From the human T2T-CHM13v2.0 reference genome, Homo sapiens: 64,000 nucleotides of DNA. Positions 14,151 to 27,955 of this stretch are shown in pieces (the stretch's first letter is position 1; every line of letters starts with the position of its first letter). The translations under genes and the position numbers were made by a program. The notes below the pieces were generated by a model. That model saw nothing but the letters and a program-made list of their open reading frames with translations. It was not told where the DNA came from and did no database searches. The DNA lies in NCBI RefSeq assembly GCF_009914755.1, contig NC_060925.1. One strand, 5' to 3'.

Positions 14151-17100
14151 GACCCCCATCTCTCCAGTGGAGTTGCAAACACCGCCTTATACCTGGCCAG
14201 GCCTGGGAGCTTTCCTTGCTGCTGTCACGGCGGGAGGGTAGGTTCATAGCCCTGTAGGATGAGGTGCAGTTTCACAGGGGCTGAGATGGGCCTTAGAATC
14301 CAAAGCCTGTGCCATCGGGCACCCCCGCCCCGGGCCTCTCCCATCCCACTCATGCGGTACCTGCGTCATGAGTTGCTGCACAGGGACTGTCCCAGGGCCA
14401 CAGCCAGGGTGCAAGAGGGGGGCAGCAGGGACTGAGGGGGAGCCTGATCCCAGCCTCCCTGTGACTCTGGCCTCCTCCCTGGGAAGCTGGCCCTTCCCAG
14501 TGGTGTGCTCCAGGCACAGCTGTCCAGTGACACGCACAGTCCACAGGTACTAGGAAACTAAAGGTGCATGGCCAGTACCAGGCGCCACATTCTTGCCCAA
14601 GGGCCTAAGGCGTGCTCAGTGTAGGATGGCGGGAGGCCAAGCCTGATAAGTAAGGGAGGGGCCAGCACTTGGTCCCGAGAGTCTGACCCCAGGGCCTGGG
14701 CTTCTCACCCCTGAATTACTACCCAACATCGTCCCAAACAAGCACTCCCTGGGACCCTGCCACTGCCAGCTCCAATTAGAAGACAAAGACTGGAAGCCCA
14801 GCCTGTCCTTAGGGAGCCTGGAATCTCGGAGCAGGGCAGGCGTGCAAACATCATCACTGCACGGAGCAGACAGGCGAGCAGGGCACTAACAGGAGCCACC
14901 CCATGTGCCTTCCTCCGCAACCAGCTAGCCAAGGCCACGGTGCTTGCCCTTCACCTGATCACAGTTTTGTCCTCTGCCCAGGTGGCTCCAATGAAAGGCC
15001 CCAAACTCCTCTTTGTAAAATGACCTGTCATTTCCCGGAGCCTTCCAGCTCCGGCCCTTCCCAAGTCTGAAGTGCAGTTTTTAGGGGTGTGCAGCAGCCG
15101 GGGGCTCCACGATGGGCATCAGTGCTCCCCTCCGGCAGAGGTTATGTCTGTGAGTCCTCACTCCAGGAGTCCAGACCCCAGGAGAGACATGAGGCAAATT
15201 AATGAAGACCGACAGTATTTGGGTTTCGAGATGTTGACCACCTGCTTCATTAGGATGTCAGGTTTCAACGATGGGGAAGAAATCGGTAGAAAATGATCTC
15301 TGTGTCTGGGAAGTTTCAAGTACAGCAGGGAGCAGCCCCATCCAGACCCGGCTGAGACGTGTGCTCCCCACCCCACACGCAGCAGCCATGCTTACAAAGC
15401 GTTCAGCCTGGAGGCGCCCTGTCCCTTCGCATCCCTTCTCCCGAGGCCTGGCAGCGGATGGCAGAACCAATACCATCATTTTCACAGGGAAACAAGTTGA
15501 GCAGGGTAATTGCGGCATCACGTGGTGCCCTAGTTTTGTTAAATTAGTCCTGTGGGTGGTGGGTGGAAGAGCGGCTGAACCCAGAGCCCACTCGGGGAAG
15601 TGGGCCCATTTCCCAACACTCAGACCAGGAACAGATATGGAATCAGGGGCAGGGGCACCTTTTGCCAGCCCTCCCCAAACTGGTGACCAAGGGGTGCCTC
15701 TTCTCTTCAGCCCTGACCTGGCCTTCAGCAGAGCCTTTTCAAGCAACTGTTCCCCACAGTCACTCGTGGAGGTGGTTTTGCAGAGGTGGGGGCCAGGCCT
15801 CCCTTCTCGATGCCCAGACATATCTAGACCAGTGGGGTCCAGGGCTCTGTGAACACCCAGACATTGCAAGCAAGGTTCGTTCTGAGGGCATTCGTATCTA
15901 GGCATATTTCCAGGCTTTATCTGTTTTTGCAAAGGGGTTATGACCCCAAAGCAGCTGAGAGGCACTGATCAGAACCTCCAGCCCTTTGCTTCATTATTGG
16001 ACTCCTACTAAGCATTTATAATTTCTTACCACAGTTACTTTCTAGCCAGCATGGGGGAAATTACCTAAACTTCTAAACTGACCAGGCTTATGTGGAATGT
16101 ATTAGTGGTACAGTTGGGCTGTTCTCCCCAGCAGCCACAGACACGAGTTATTCTGGGTTGGAACATGCCAGCAATTCAGAGGGTACTATCAAGAGTATTT
16201 CACTGATGTATAAGGAGGAAAAAGGAAACTTCAGTTCCTTTTTAACATGGTAATAGTTAAAGCTTATTTGATTTGTCCATTGTTTTTGAATAAAGAAAAG
16301 GTTACCCTCCTGCTCTCTTTGGGAAATGAGACACATGTGAGTCAGTGTCCTGTGGCCTTCTATCCTCATGGATCTTCTTCTGTCCTCGTGGCAGCCACCG
16401 TGAGAAAGGCAGCCTCGTGAGCCCATTCTGCAGATGAGAACACTGAGGCATCGGGCCACTCCATAAAATGCCCGGTGTCCTCCAGCCAGGAAAGTTGTAC
16501 CAGGATTTGGGCTCTGGCTTCAGAGCCTCAGCCCATAGCCGCCACCCGGTGCGCCCCTTTCCTGAAAGAAAACTCAGCTTTTCTTATGTTCTCCTTTAGG
16601 GAAAATCCCAGCTCTGCCTACAGGAGCAATATTGCTGGCAGCTGGAGTGGTTTTAATAGGAAATTGAAAAATAAACCTAGGCAATTTTAAAGTACCTTCA
16701 GTTTGGTGACACGTTCAACTGTTTTCAAGCTGCTTACAAATATTATATCCACTCATGAGTTAGGAGTCCAGGAGCCTTATAACCAGGGAAACCGAGGCTG
16801 AGAGGGACAGAGTGGGCTCGTGTCAGAAGTCGGGGGTTCAGAATGAGGCTTGAGCCCCATGCCGCCTTCCCAGGGGCCAGGCTTGGACAGGAAAGAGGAT
16901 AAACTGAGGACATCGCATCCTCCGAAGTTGGAAGTGTCATGGCCCCAGGGAAATGCAGGGCCCTTGGGCCAGGAGGCTGGGCCTCACCCGCTGGTAACTC
17001 ATGGCTCTCACTCCCCACCGCCTAGAACCAGCTGCCCCTTGACCAGATGCTGGCAGCTGGATTCCACAAGGGAAGTGGAATCTGACCCCAGATGGGTCAA

Positions 17101-17305
17101 GGCCTGGCTGCAGCTGTGAGATCCACCCGGCCACTTGTCAACCTCACCATCTGGGCAGATCACGCCCTGCTTAACAGGCTGGGGTGTGGGATGCATGCCA
17201 CCATGGTGGGGAACGTGAGCTGGCAGCCAACTGCCTGGGTGGGATCCAGCTCCTCCGCGTGCTGGGCAGGTATCGTAACGTGGGAATCGATGTCACGACA
17301 AGCAA

Positions 17306-17593
17306 GGCGCCTGCTGCGTAGGGCACCTGCCGCTTAGGACTCCTGCCACCGCGTAGGGCTCTGCTGCGTAGGACTCCTGCCGCCGCATAGGGCTCTGCTG
17401 CGTAGGACTCCTGCGGCGAGGGCTCCCTCCTGCCGCGTGGGCTCCTCCTGCCGCGTGGGCTCCTCCTGCCACATAGGGCACCTCCTGCCGCGAGGGCACC
17501 TCCTGCCGCATAGGGCACCTCCTGCCGCGAGGGCACCTCCTGCCGCGTGGGCTCCTCCTGCCGCGTAGGGCTCCTCCTGCCGCGTAGGGCTCC
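17306..17593. repeat. GC/CpG-rich minisatellite, units of about 17-21 bp (GGGCWCCTCCTGCCGCGTA)
   Basis: About 15 degenerate tandem units visible. Confidence 0.9.
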
Positions 17594-18434
17594 CGGGAGG
17601 ATCCGGGGACAGGATGCCTGGGGACTGCCTGGCCTGCTGCAACCCTGCAGGCTCCTAGGCAACCTGTGCCAGGACATACGGGCATGCCGGTCCTCAGCAG
17701 AGGGCTGCCACCCTCCTTCACCTCCTAAGGACAGTCATGATGGCCCAAGGCCTGTTCCTGTGGACCCTGGGATGCACCACAGTGGGCAGGTGCCTCAGTG
17801 GCCCCGGGAAGGAGCCCGGGCAGCTGTGCTTGGTTAGGAGGCCTACGCTGCCAGGCTCTGCCGCTGCTGTTGGGCCTGGCTGTGGCTGTAACAAAGGAAG
17901 GGCTGGCCTTGCTTGAGAACTGGCAGCCCTACCATGGAGCTCCCCGCACCCCGAGGGACAGATGCACAGGCCATGTGGTCCAGTGAAGTGGGACGATCTC
18001 CTGCCCCAGTCGCTGGAGACAGGAAGAAGAGACACAAAATCACAAATGCAGCCTTAGAGAGGAAGGAAGAAGGGGCTTCTCTGCAAGGGGCGCCGCATGG
18101 ATGGTGCCATGGGGGTGAGACCAGTCCAGTTTCGCCATAAAACAGACAGCGTCCCTGTGCATTTCCATCTGTCCTTGAGACCACTCTGCAGACCCCCACT
18201 GGGCACCAGCAGGGCCCGTGCCAGCAGCATGGTGTGGGCCGGGGGCAGTTGGCACTTTACCCCCGGGGTGGGTGAGCAGAGGCACCTCTCTGAAGGTCCC
18301 CGGTGCCTTTCGGAGCCTCCAAACACACATTGACTGTTGGGGGAGTGGGTGGGGGGCTGGCCCTGGCGGGAACTGAGCCTGGCTGGCAGGGTCCTGCCTG
18401 GGTGCTGAGAACTCACGTGGCGTTTGTTTTTCAG

Positions 18435-18478
18435 GAACCTGGGCAAGTCTGGCCTGCGGGTCTCCTGCCTGGGACTTG
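18435..18478 (+). CDS. KCNAB2: KCNAB2 exon (R)NLGKSGLRVSCLGL(G)
   Basis: TTTTTCAG acceptor, GTGAGT donor, 44 nt; first exon common to Kv-beta isoforms. Confidence 0.97.
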
Positions 18479-19412
18479 GTGAGTGTGGGGGTCCCCTCCG
18501 TCCCACCAGGGAAACAGGCTGTGGGGAGGCCGGGCATGGACTGAACTGGACACCCCTTGGGAGGCAGGGTGGCCCAAACCTTGGCACTCCCCAGGGAGTA
18601 GCTGCACCCAGAGCCCAGGATTCAGGGGGGCTCGGTTGCCATGGCAACAAAGAGGCAGGTGGGAGGGGGGCTGGGATAGAGGGAGAGAGACACAGTCTCA
18701 GCAGAGGAGGTGAGGCGGATACTAGGGGCCCCTCCACACATGGTCCCCACCCCACACCACAAAATCAGAGGCCCTTAGGGCCCCGGGAGTGCAACGAAGA
18801 CACCTTACCTTCCAAGGCAGGCTCAGCTCGTGAGTCCCTCCTGGAGCGCCATTGGATTTGGCCCTTTTTCCTCTCCTGTCAGATACAAGGCCTGTTTCCA
18901 GAATGTGCAGTCCCCACCTCCCCTCTGCATGCAGTACACACACCCCCACACACACACCGCCCACTGCAGTACACACACCCCGCCCCCCACCAGCACCCAC
19001 TGCCCTGACACCGCCCTCCCCGCTCTGTCCCAGCAGGAGCACGCAGACGCGGCTGTCAGACCTGGTGTGTTTTCAGAGAGGCATCCCTTGTGCCATTTCT
19101 TGCGGCATGTCCTTGGAACTAGAGCTGCCTCAGTACAGCTCTGACCAGCATTTCAAAAGCCCCAGACCTCCTGGACCCATAGCCAGCAGCCCGCTCTAGA
19201 GACTTTTGTCCCCTCAGTTTATTGACCCCAGGAGAGCAGGACTTTCTCTGAAGGCCAGCTGTCCACACACACTAAGGACACCCTGGCCACAGAGCAGCAC
19301 AGAGGGACACCTGTGGCTGCCCCCTGTGCCCTACAGCCTGAGGTCTGAGCACCGACGGGATAATCTGGCTTCCTGCCAGGTTCCTAACTTGAGCCCCTGT
19401 GTCTCCTTCCAG

Positions 19413-19450
19413 GAACATGGGTGACCTTCGGAGGCCAGATCACCGATGAG
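19413..19450 (+). CDS. KCNAB2: KCNAB2 exon (G)TWVTFGGQITDE
   Basis: CCAG acceptor, GTAAGA donor, 38 nt, phases match. Confidence 0.97.
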
Positions 19451-20357
19451 GTAAGATGGGGCTCTCCCAGCACCCCAGAACCCAGCACGGGCTCGCCAGA
19501 GCACATGGTTAAGTCTGCCGCGTGGACCAGTGAGCACGTGCTCCCGGGAGCCAGCGCAGCAGCCTCCCTCCCTCTTTCTGTTTTGTGAGGGCGCCCTGCC
19601 CCAGGGGAGAGTAGAAAGGTGAGCCAGGTGGCCATGGCCAGAGGGGATGCCGAGTCTGGTGCCATCACCCAGCAGTGGATGCCTCGGGCCTCAGCATGTC
19701 CCTTAAGCTCCCCAGGACTCAGATTTCCCACACGCGTGACCCCCATTCCACAGTTAACGAGGAGAATTCAGGGTGCACACGCTTCCCAAATTCTGAAGCC
19801 GGATGCAGGTCCTAGCTGCCCCCATGGAGGCTCCAGTAACTGTCTGTCTTGGTCATTGGGAATGCAGCCCCTGCAGTGTCACAAGCTGAAGAACCTGAGA
19901 TCTGCATTTCACCCAACATCCACTGTCCATTTCCCAGCTGCCGCGAACCGTGCGGATCGCAGTCAGATGTATTTGCTGGGGCTCATGTCCCCACAATTGG
20001 AACAAGAAAGTGAACACTAACAAAAAGCCAGCTTGTATGCCGCCAGCGCCTCTGGGTCTCTCGGAAGGACAGGGACGGCACACGCCCAGACATGTGTGCT
20101 TCTGGACAGTGAGGCAGCATCTCAGAAATGAGAGCAGTGGCATTTGCTCAGACAGCTCTGGGCATCTGCACAAGAAGCAGTTTTCACATTTATCCTACTT
20201 AGCACTAGAAAGGTTGCGTTTAAAAATTGATCAGCGAATTGATGTGAGACCTTGTTAGCTGCGATTGCTCAGTTTCCAAGGGAAAGCTTTGCTTCTATCA
20301 AAATTTAAATGCGTACAGTTTGTGTTTGAGGTCACTTTTATCTTTAAGACACTAGCT

Positions 20358-20650
20358 GGCCGGGCGCGGTGACTCACACCTGTAACCCCAGCACTTTGGA
20401 AGGCTGGGGCGGGCGGATCACCTGAGGTCAGGAGTTCCAGCCTGGCCAACATGGTGAAACCCCATGTCTACTAAAAATACAAAAATTAGCTGGGCGTGGT
20501 AGGGGCGCCTGTAATCCCAGCTACTCAGGAGGCTGAGGCAGGAGAATTGCTTGAACCCAGAAGGGGGAGGTTGCAGTGAGCCGAGATCATATCACTGCAC
20601 TCCAGCCTAGGCCGTAGAGTAAGACTCTGTCTCGAAAAAAAAAAAAAAAG
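20358..20650 (+). mobile_element. Alu
   Basis: Full dimer with A tail. Confidence 0.9.
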
Positions 20651-21389
20651 ACAATAGCTGGTTATAGAATGATTTGCCCCTTGCTTTGAAGTTGCTGGAT
20701 AGGCGCTATCTCAGGGTGAAGTCTGGAGTTATTAAGGCAAAAGGAATTGCCTTACCTCAGCCCACCAGATTGGTTCAGTTGGAGCCCTGGGGCCCATATG
20801 GTTCAATCTGAATCAGCCTTGCCTGACTTGGCCTCGTTTCCCTTTCGATGTGGTTTCTAAACCAGGATGGGAGAATTCTGTAGAACGGCATAACTTCATT
20901 TCCAAACAATATTAGCTGGGTGGCCTGTATGTCCTTGTGGGAAAGATAAAAACAAGCAGACAGACTAGACCCATCCAATGAGATGACGTTTTCACCAGCA
21001 AACCAGGCATACCCTTAGAGCATTAATGAATGGCCCAGTGGCAGCCCCGCTGGCCCAGGCCTCTGCAGTGTCTCCATCAGGAACACAGTGATGGACATGT
21101 GTGAAGATATTGGAGGTCATTTCTAGATGACACCAAGCTGGAAGGACAGAGAATAAAATAGATGGCAGTGTCAGGGTTCTGAATGGTTGTGGCAGGTGAA
21201 AATGGCTTAGCAAAGGAGCAAGACAAATTTTTGTATTAATCCTATAGTTAGTGTCAAAAAAGAAATCAATACATCTAGAAGGGGGGGCCCGCCTGGCTGC
21301 GGTTCAGATGAAAAGGGTTTGTGCACTTCAGGTGCTGCGGCTCAGTCCGAGCCAGCAGGGAAGCAAGGACCGTCCTGGACTGCTTTTTT

Positions 21390-21785
21390 TGTTTTTCAGT
21401 TTTTTATTACATATATGAAACATAAAATTTGCCATTTTAACCATTTTTAAGTCTACAGTTCAGTGGCATTAAGTACATTCACATACTGTGCCACCCTTAC
21501 CAATATCTGTTTCCAAAATATTTCATCACCCCAAACAGGAGCTCTGCACCCTTAAACAACAACTCCCCATCCCCTGGTCACCTCTAGTCTACTTCCTGTC
21601 TCTATGAACTCTGCACACTGTTTGTATAAATAAAGTTTTATTAGGACATAGCCACGCCCATCATTTACACATAGTGGCTGCTTTCACTCCACAAGGGCAG
21701 AGCTGAGTAATTGCAACAGAGACTCTCTGGCCCACAGTGCCTGAAGCATTTACTATGTGGCCCTTTACAGAAAAGACTTGACGTC
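21390..21785. mobile_element. L1M 3' fragment followed by a MER58-like DNA element (about 21625-21785)
   Basis: CATAAAATTTGCCATTTTAACC is L1M-like; AAATAAAGTTTTATT...GGCCCTTTACAGAAAA is MER58-like. Confidence 0.6.
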
Positions 21786-22582
21786 TCCTGTTCTTTGGGC
21801 CGCAGCAGCTGTACCCTGCACTATCTGCAGGGCTGCTGTGTGAACTGCTCAGCCCAGTTCTATGCCATGCCAGGGACAAAATGAAAGCTTGCCCAGGGGT
21901 GGAACAAACCACCTGGTGAGGCAGGAATGACAGCCACCCTCACATGGCACAGGGCAGAGTCCACAGTTTGTAGGACACCATCACACTCTCAGCCAGTGCT
22001 CACAGGAGCCCATGAAGGGATCAAACTATGCTAGGAACCCTAAAATGACGTAATGCCTGTCGGAGCCACCACGGTGGTTTCAGGTCTCCAGCCCTCCCAT
22101 TGTTAGGTGCCCTTTCTGTGGCCTCACACTCCCCATTAGAAGCATGTGTTCAAGACAAGCTGGACAATAAAAATTTAATAGATGTAATGGTTGAGAACCT
22201 AACACTTATTATCTCACCTAATCCTCTATCAACCCAGGGAGGCAGGTGCTATTCCCAGTTCAGGGAAGCTGAGCCTCTGGCTATAAACAGGTGCAGGGGC
22301 CTCACCTGGCCTCTGGCCACAGGGGGTTCCACCTGGTGCTCTTTGCCTCAACGCTTGCGGCCAGTGCTCAGCTGTGGGGTAACCGTACTGGGGTAGGGAC
22401 AGATTCCTTGTCCCCCCAGATGAGGGTGACAGGGAGGTGGCCTGTATGTCTCCTGAGCTTCCTTCTGACTTCAGTGTCTGGGACCCAGATACTGGAAGGA
22501 ACCAAAAAGTCACAACATAAAGGCTGCGTAAACTGAACCAGGATGCAGCCACAGAGCGGAGGGCTTTAGAAGTCATGTTTTA

Positions 22583-22976
<394 letters not shown>

Positions 22977-23579
22977 CTAGGGAAAGGGCAGAAAAACCTG
23001 GAAGAGAAAGTACAGCAAAATCATAGCCGTCAAAACATAAATAAATAAAATAGTGAGAAAGCAGAGCCCCACAGTGCCGTGAGTCGCTCCCTCTCTTTCC
23101 TGCCTCTGGTCCTGCCAATCCCAGGCGCCACCCTGGATGTAGCTGGAATTGTATGGTGGCTTCGTTTTTGCTGAGGGACAGGTGAGGTTAGGGTTGGTGT
23201 CTGCAGTGCCGGACCCTGCTGATCCGGCTGTCTGCACGCCTTCGGGGGTCTGTGATGACCACAGGTTTCTGTGATTGGCCGGGCTTTCCTCCCAGGAGGG
23301 AGCCAGGTGTGTTCAGGGCCACCGTGCTCCGGAGCGGAGAGCGCCGAGCCCTTTGTTCTTAGTCTATGAGCAGGAGTGGGAGGCCTCCCGGTGGGCAGAG
23401 CAGAGCCAGGAGCATCCGGGGCCCCGCCTCAGGCTTGCGGAGCCCCTGCCTAGCGCCAGCTCCCTGCCTGCTTCCAGCCTCTTCCCAGTCACTGTCTTTC
23501 TAGAGAGGGCGACAGGGTAAAGAGGCAGGCAAGACACCGTCTCCAGTGGTCGAACAGCATGCTGTGGAGAGGGTGCGAG

Positions 23580-24090
23580 CTGCCTGTGGCTGCTGTAACA
23601 AATAGCCACCAATGCGCGGCTGAAAACAGCAGCAACGTATTCTCTCACAGCTCTGGGGTCCAGAGATCCAAACTCGGTACCCCTGAGCCTAAGTCCAGGA
23701 GTCAGCCGGGCCGGGCTTCCTTCTCCCGGCCAGGACCTTTCCCGGCCTAAGTCCAGGAGTCAGCCGGGCCGGGCTCCCTTCTCCAGGCCAGGACCCTTCC
23801 CAGCCTCTTCAGCGTCTGGCGCTGCTGGCCTTCCTTGGCCTGTGCCCGCATCCCCCAGTCTCTGCCCCTGTGGATACTCTCCGTCCTCCTCTTCTGTCAG
23901 TCAAGTCTCCGTCTGTCTCGTCCTCATAAGGTCACCTGTGATGGCACTGAGGGCCCACTTAGCTAAGCCAGGACATTCTCCCCACTGCAGAGTACTCACG
24001 TTAATCCCATCTGCAAAGTCCCTCTTTCTACCTAAGGTCACATTCCCAGGTTCCAGGGACGTGATACCTTTGGAGAACCATTATTTAGTT
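23580..24090 (-). mobile_element. MLT1 LTR containing a 58-bp internal tandem duplication (23687-23802)
   Basis: GGCTGCTGTAACAAATAGCCAC...ATCTGCAAAGTCCC...AAGGTCACATTCCCAGGTTCC. Confidence 0.65.
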
Positions 24091-24947
24091 GACTGCAGAG
24101 AAGAAAGTAGAAAAAGGAGGGCAGGGGGGCGGGGGTCCTGACGACAGGGTGGTCAGGAAGCAGAAGCGAGCAAGGACGCCACGTGGTGGTCCAGAGAAAG
24201 AGCCTTCGGGGGCCAAGGGGACAACCAAGGCACAGCCCTAAGGCCGAGTGTTGGGGAGAAGGGGATGCAGGGGATAGAGCTGGGGGTCAGGGTGCAGATC
24301 TGGTGGAGACTTTGGCTTTGACCCTCTGCGAGATGGAAGCCCCTGGAGGGCTTTTGCATGGAGGAAATTTGACCTGATTTAAAAGGTCTGCCAAGGCTCG
24401 CCCTGGCTGCTGCACTGGGAATGGCGAGTCATGAGGATGTCCCAGAGTTCAGCGTGTGCACGATCCCATGTACTCGGAAGGCACATCCTGATGTGGCAGG
24501 GCTGTCGTGGAGCCTGGGAGGCCGCATTTCTGATCTCATGCTGATGCTGGCCCATGGACCACGCTTTGCCTGGGGAAGGTGCAGGGAGAGAGGATGGAAG
24601 CAGAGAGCTAGGAGGCTATTGTGAGAAACCACCCAAGAGCCGCTGGAGGCTCAGAGCAGGGTGGGCACCATGGAGGTGGGGAGACGGGTCAGATTCTGGA
24701 CTAATTTGCAGGGGAAGCCGCGGCAGGGGCTGAACTTCAGGCTCCAGTGATGGGAGGATTAGTCAAGGAGGGCTCCCCAGGGTTTGACCGGAGCACAGGT
24801 GAGCGAGACCTCCCGGGAGCTGATGCTGCCGCAGGCTGCCCTCCCTGGCCCACACCAGCCCCAGGGCCTAGAGTGCCCCTCCCCCACCCACTCTCTCCTT
24901 GCCTGCCTGACAAACTCCTAAACACCCTTCAAAACCCAGTCTTTGTC

Positions 24948-25212
24948 GGCCGCACTTTGGGAGGCTGAGGCGGGCAGATCACTTGAGGTCAGGAGTTCGA
25001 GACCAGCCTGGCCAACATGGTGAAACCTCATCTCTACTAAAAATAGAAAAATCAGCTGGGCTTGGTGGCATGCACCTGTAGTCCAGCTACTCAGGAGACT
25101 GAAGCAGGAGAATCTCCTGAAGCCAGGAGGCAAAGGTTGCAGCGAGCCAAGATTGTGCCACTGCACTCCCGCCTGGGCAACAGAATGAGACTCCATCTCC
25201 CAAAAAAAAAAA
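24948..25212 (+). mobile_element. Alu, 5'-truncated
   Basis: Starts near GCACTTTGGGAGG; CCCAGTCTT duplication. Confidence 0.88.
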
Positions 25213-25254
25213 ATAACCCCAGTCTTGGATATTCTGGACATGTGATACCCCTTG

Positions 25255-25570
25255 GATGAACCTTGAACCTTGAGGACATTACACTCACTGAAACAAGCCA
25301 CAAAAAGGACACACGGTGTGACTGCATTTGTCTAAGGTGCCTAGAGTAGTTAAATTCATAAATACCAGAGAATGATGGGTGCTGGGGCTGGAGGCAGGGA
25401 GCGGGGAAGGGGAGTTACTGTTCAATGGGTACAGTTTCAGTTTAGGAATATGACAGGGAGATGGATGGTGGTGATGGTTACACAACTATGCGAATGTACT
25501 TACTGCCATTGAACTATGCTTGAAAAAGGTTAAAATAGTAAATTTCATCATATATATTTTACCACAACTT
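25255..25570 (+). mobile_element. L1M 3' end fragment
   Basis: GGATGAACCTTGA...GATGGTGGTGATGGTTACACAAC...TATTTTACCACAA. Confidence 0.7.
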
Positions 25571-27149
25571 AAAGTCTCTTTGATAAATGCAGTAATGTTT
25601 TAATTAAACAAAAAGAATGAAAGGGATCTTCATGAGCAGGTGTGGATTGGTTTTTAGGATGTATTGTGAGTGAAAAAATCAAAGTGCAGAAACATATGGG
25701 TAGTGTGCCACCCCTCCTGGAAGAAAGATGGGGGATAAGAAAATACATGTGTCTGAAATATAAAAACAGAAAACGGAGCCCTGGGTCCCCTCCTCTGAGA
25801 AGCCCTGCCAGGAGCGTGAGTGCCCTAACCACAGACTTAGCCCCTTCGGGGCCCAGCGCACCGTGCCCTCCTGGGCTCTCTCCTCCTGGGCCTGGATGTG
25901 GGAGGCATCTGGGAAAAGTCAGGAGGAAGACGAGGAGGAAGCAGTGAGCAGGTGAACAAGCCACCCGTCTGTCCGTGCTGGAGCCCTGGTGCTGGGAAGG
26001 AAAGTGCTAGAGGTGGGGAGAGATTCCTGGGCTCTCCCTGGGTGGGCACATCCGGGAGGAGGAGGCTGGGGGGGCAGCAGCAGGTCCCTCGGGCGGCGGA
26101 TGCATTTGATGCATGGATGCATTTGATACCTCAGGGCAGTTGAGCTGCAGCAGGAAGACAACAACAGAGCCCCGGCAGGTGGATCCTGAAAACCGACGGC
26201 CTCCACCCCCGGGCTTCCTGACTCAAATCACAGCCGCTCACTAACCGGGGCTCAGCTTCAGCTGTGCTGTATTTCAGTGTCTGAGATGTTTGGGGATGAG
26301 TGCCAGTGTCGCCAGGCTGCCGGCCAGATTTCCATACACCCCCCACCCACAAACATGCTGCCTTTCTGGCTTCTCTTGAGAGGTTGGCAGATCTCTAGCA
26401 CCAGGTCCGCCTTCCCACGTGCAGCATTTGGGCATGGGCCTTCTCCCATGGGTGCCCCCCAGTGGTGGCTACTCCGTCCTCACTCTCCATACCTCCTGGC
26501 CACAAGGGCTTCTGAGTTCAGAAAGGAGAGACGCAGCCCTGTGAAGCCACCCCTGGCTGGTTTTCTGTCCTATGGTTTTTGAGGGTTATTAAGAATTATT
26601 CACCCCACGCTGGGCTTGTTGCTGGTGAGGCCCAGTGCTCTGAGCCGCACCTGGGGAAGCGTGACACTCAGAGGGAAGCAGCCCTGTCCGAGAGCCAGAA
26701 GCTCAGGGGCACCTTTCTCTCCGGCCTCTTGGAGGGAGCTGTCACTTGCAGAGGGGCTCCCCTCGCTCCATGAGTCCCACCCCACGACCAGTTCTTTGCT
26801 CATGGAGCACAATCGCGTCCTGACAGCAGCCATGGAGCAAAGTCTGATGCACAGCGCATTTAGCTCGGGCAGTCATTCATCCATCTTGCCCATGAGGCAG
26901 CCACCACCACAGCAGTGCCGCTCAGGGCCGGGAGTATGTGCCGTTGGAGAAACACTGGACAAGAGGCCAGAATGGATGTCACCCACCATGCACCAGCTGT
27001 GGGATGTCAGTTGCTCCATCTACAAAAATAACAATTCAGTCCTCATGTGCAGGTGCTGGGAAAGATTCAATGAGGTACAACTGAATACACCGCCCTGGCT
27101 TTAAGGACATAGACTCATCCCAGCAACATCCACAGAGCCCCTGCTGGGG

Positions 27150-27572
27150 ACTGCCTTGGTTTCCTAGGACTGCTGTAACAAAGTAACATAACCTGGGGGC
27201 CTGAAACAACAGACACCGTTCTGTCACCTTCTGGAGGCCAGAGGTCTGATACCAAGGTGTTGGCAGGGCAAGGTTCCCTGTAAAGGCTCGGGGGAGGGTC
27301 CGCCCCATGCCTCTTTCAGCTCCTGGGGGTTGCCAACAGTCCTTGGCTTGTAGACGTGTCACTCTGGTCTCTGCCTTCGTAGTCTCATGGACTTCTGTGT
27401 CTGCATTTTCTCTCCTTGTAAATCACCAGTCACATAGGGTGTAGGACCCACCCTAACACAGTACGACCTCATCTTCGCTAATTACATTGAAGAAGGCCCT
27501 ATTCCCAAATGAGGTCACCTCTAAGCTTCTAAGTAGACATGAATTCTGTGGGGATACTGTTCGACCCAGTAC
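27150..27572 (-). mobile_element. MLT1 LTR
   Basis: GGACTGCTGTAACAAAGTA...GGTGTTGGCAGGG...CCAAATGAGGTCAC. Confidence 0.65.
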
Positions 27573-27875
27573 AGGTGCTAAGCCCTGTGATGACCCCAAC
27601 TGATGGGGTCCCTGCTCTCAAGAAATTCACAGTCCTTGGCAGTTTCTTCATTCCTTTTGCCTTCTTTATTCTTCTCAATGGGTTTGTTACTGAGAGCTGC
27701 CTCCATCCCTGTCCTGTGGCAGGAGAGGGCAAGGAGACAGCCCACAGGGGAGCCTGTCGGGCCCGGGAGGGCAGGGCCTGGACACGGGGAGGCCTCCCAG
27801 GCCGAGAGGGTGGTGCTCCAGAGCCTCTGGGCCCCACCCCCGGCTGGCAGGACAGTGTCGGTTTTCTCGTTTCAG

Positions 27876-27955
27876 ATGGCAGAGCAGCTCATGACCTTGG
27901 CCTATGATAATGGCATCAACCTCTTCGATACAGCAGAAGTCTACGCAGCCGGCAA
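27876..27955 (+). CDS. KCNAB2: KCNAB2 exon [26 protein letters not shown](K)
   Basis: 80 nt, AG/GT flanks; contains the AKR catalytic Asp and Tyr (DTAEVY). Confidence 0.97.

Noticed and set aside
17306-17593. CRISPR-like array
   Set aside because: The units are contiguous without unique spacers, and the context is a eukaryotic intron.
17171-17721. Repetitive ORFs (RQEEPT/YAAGGA repeats)
   Set aside because: These are translations of the minisatellite, with no splice or homology support.
18424-19008. 194-aa ORF starting with RNLGKSGLRVSCLGLG
   Set aside because: Only 44 nt are exonic; the rest is read-through past a GTGAGT donor.
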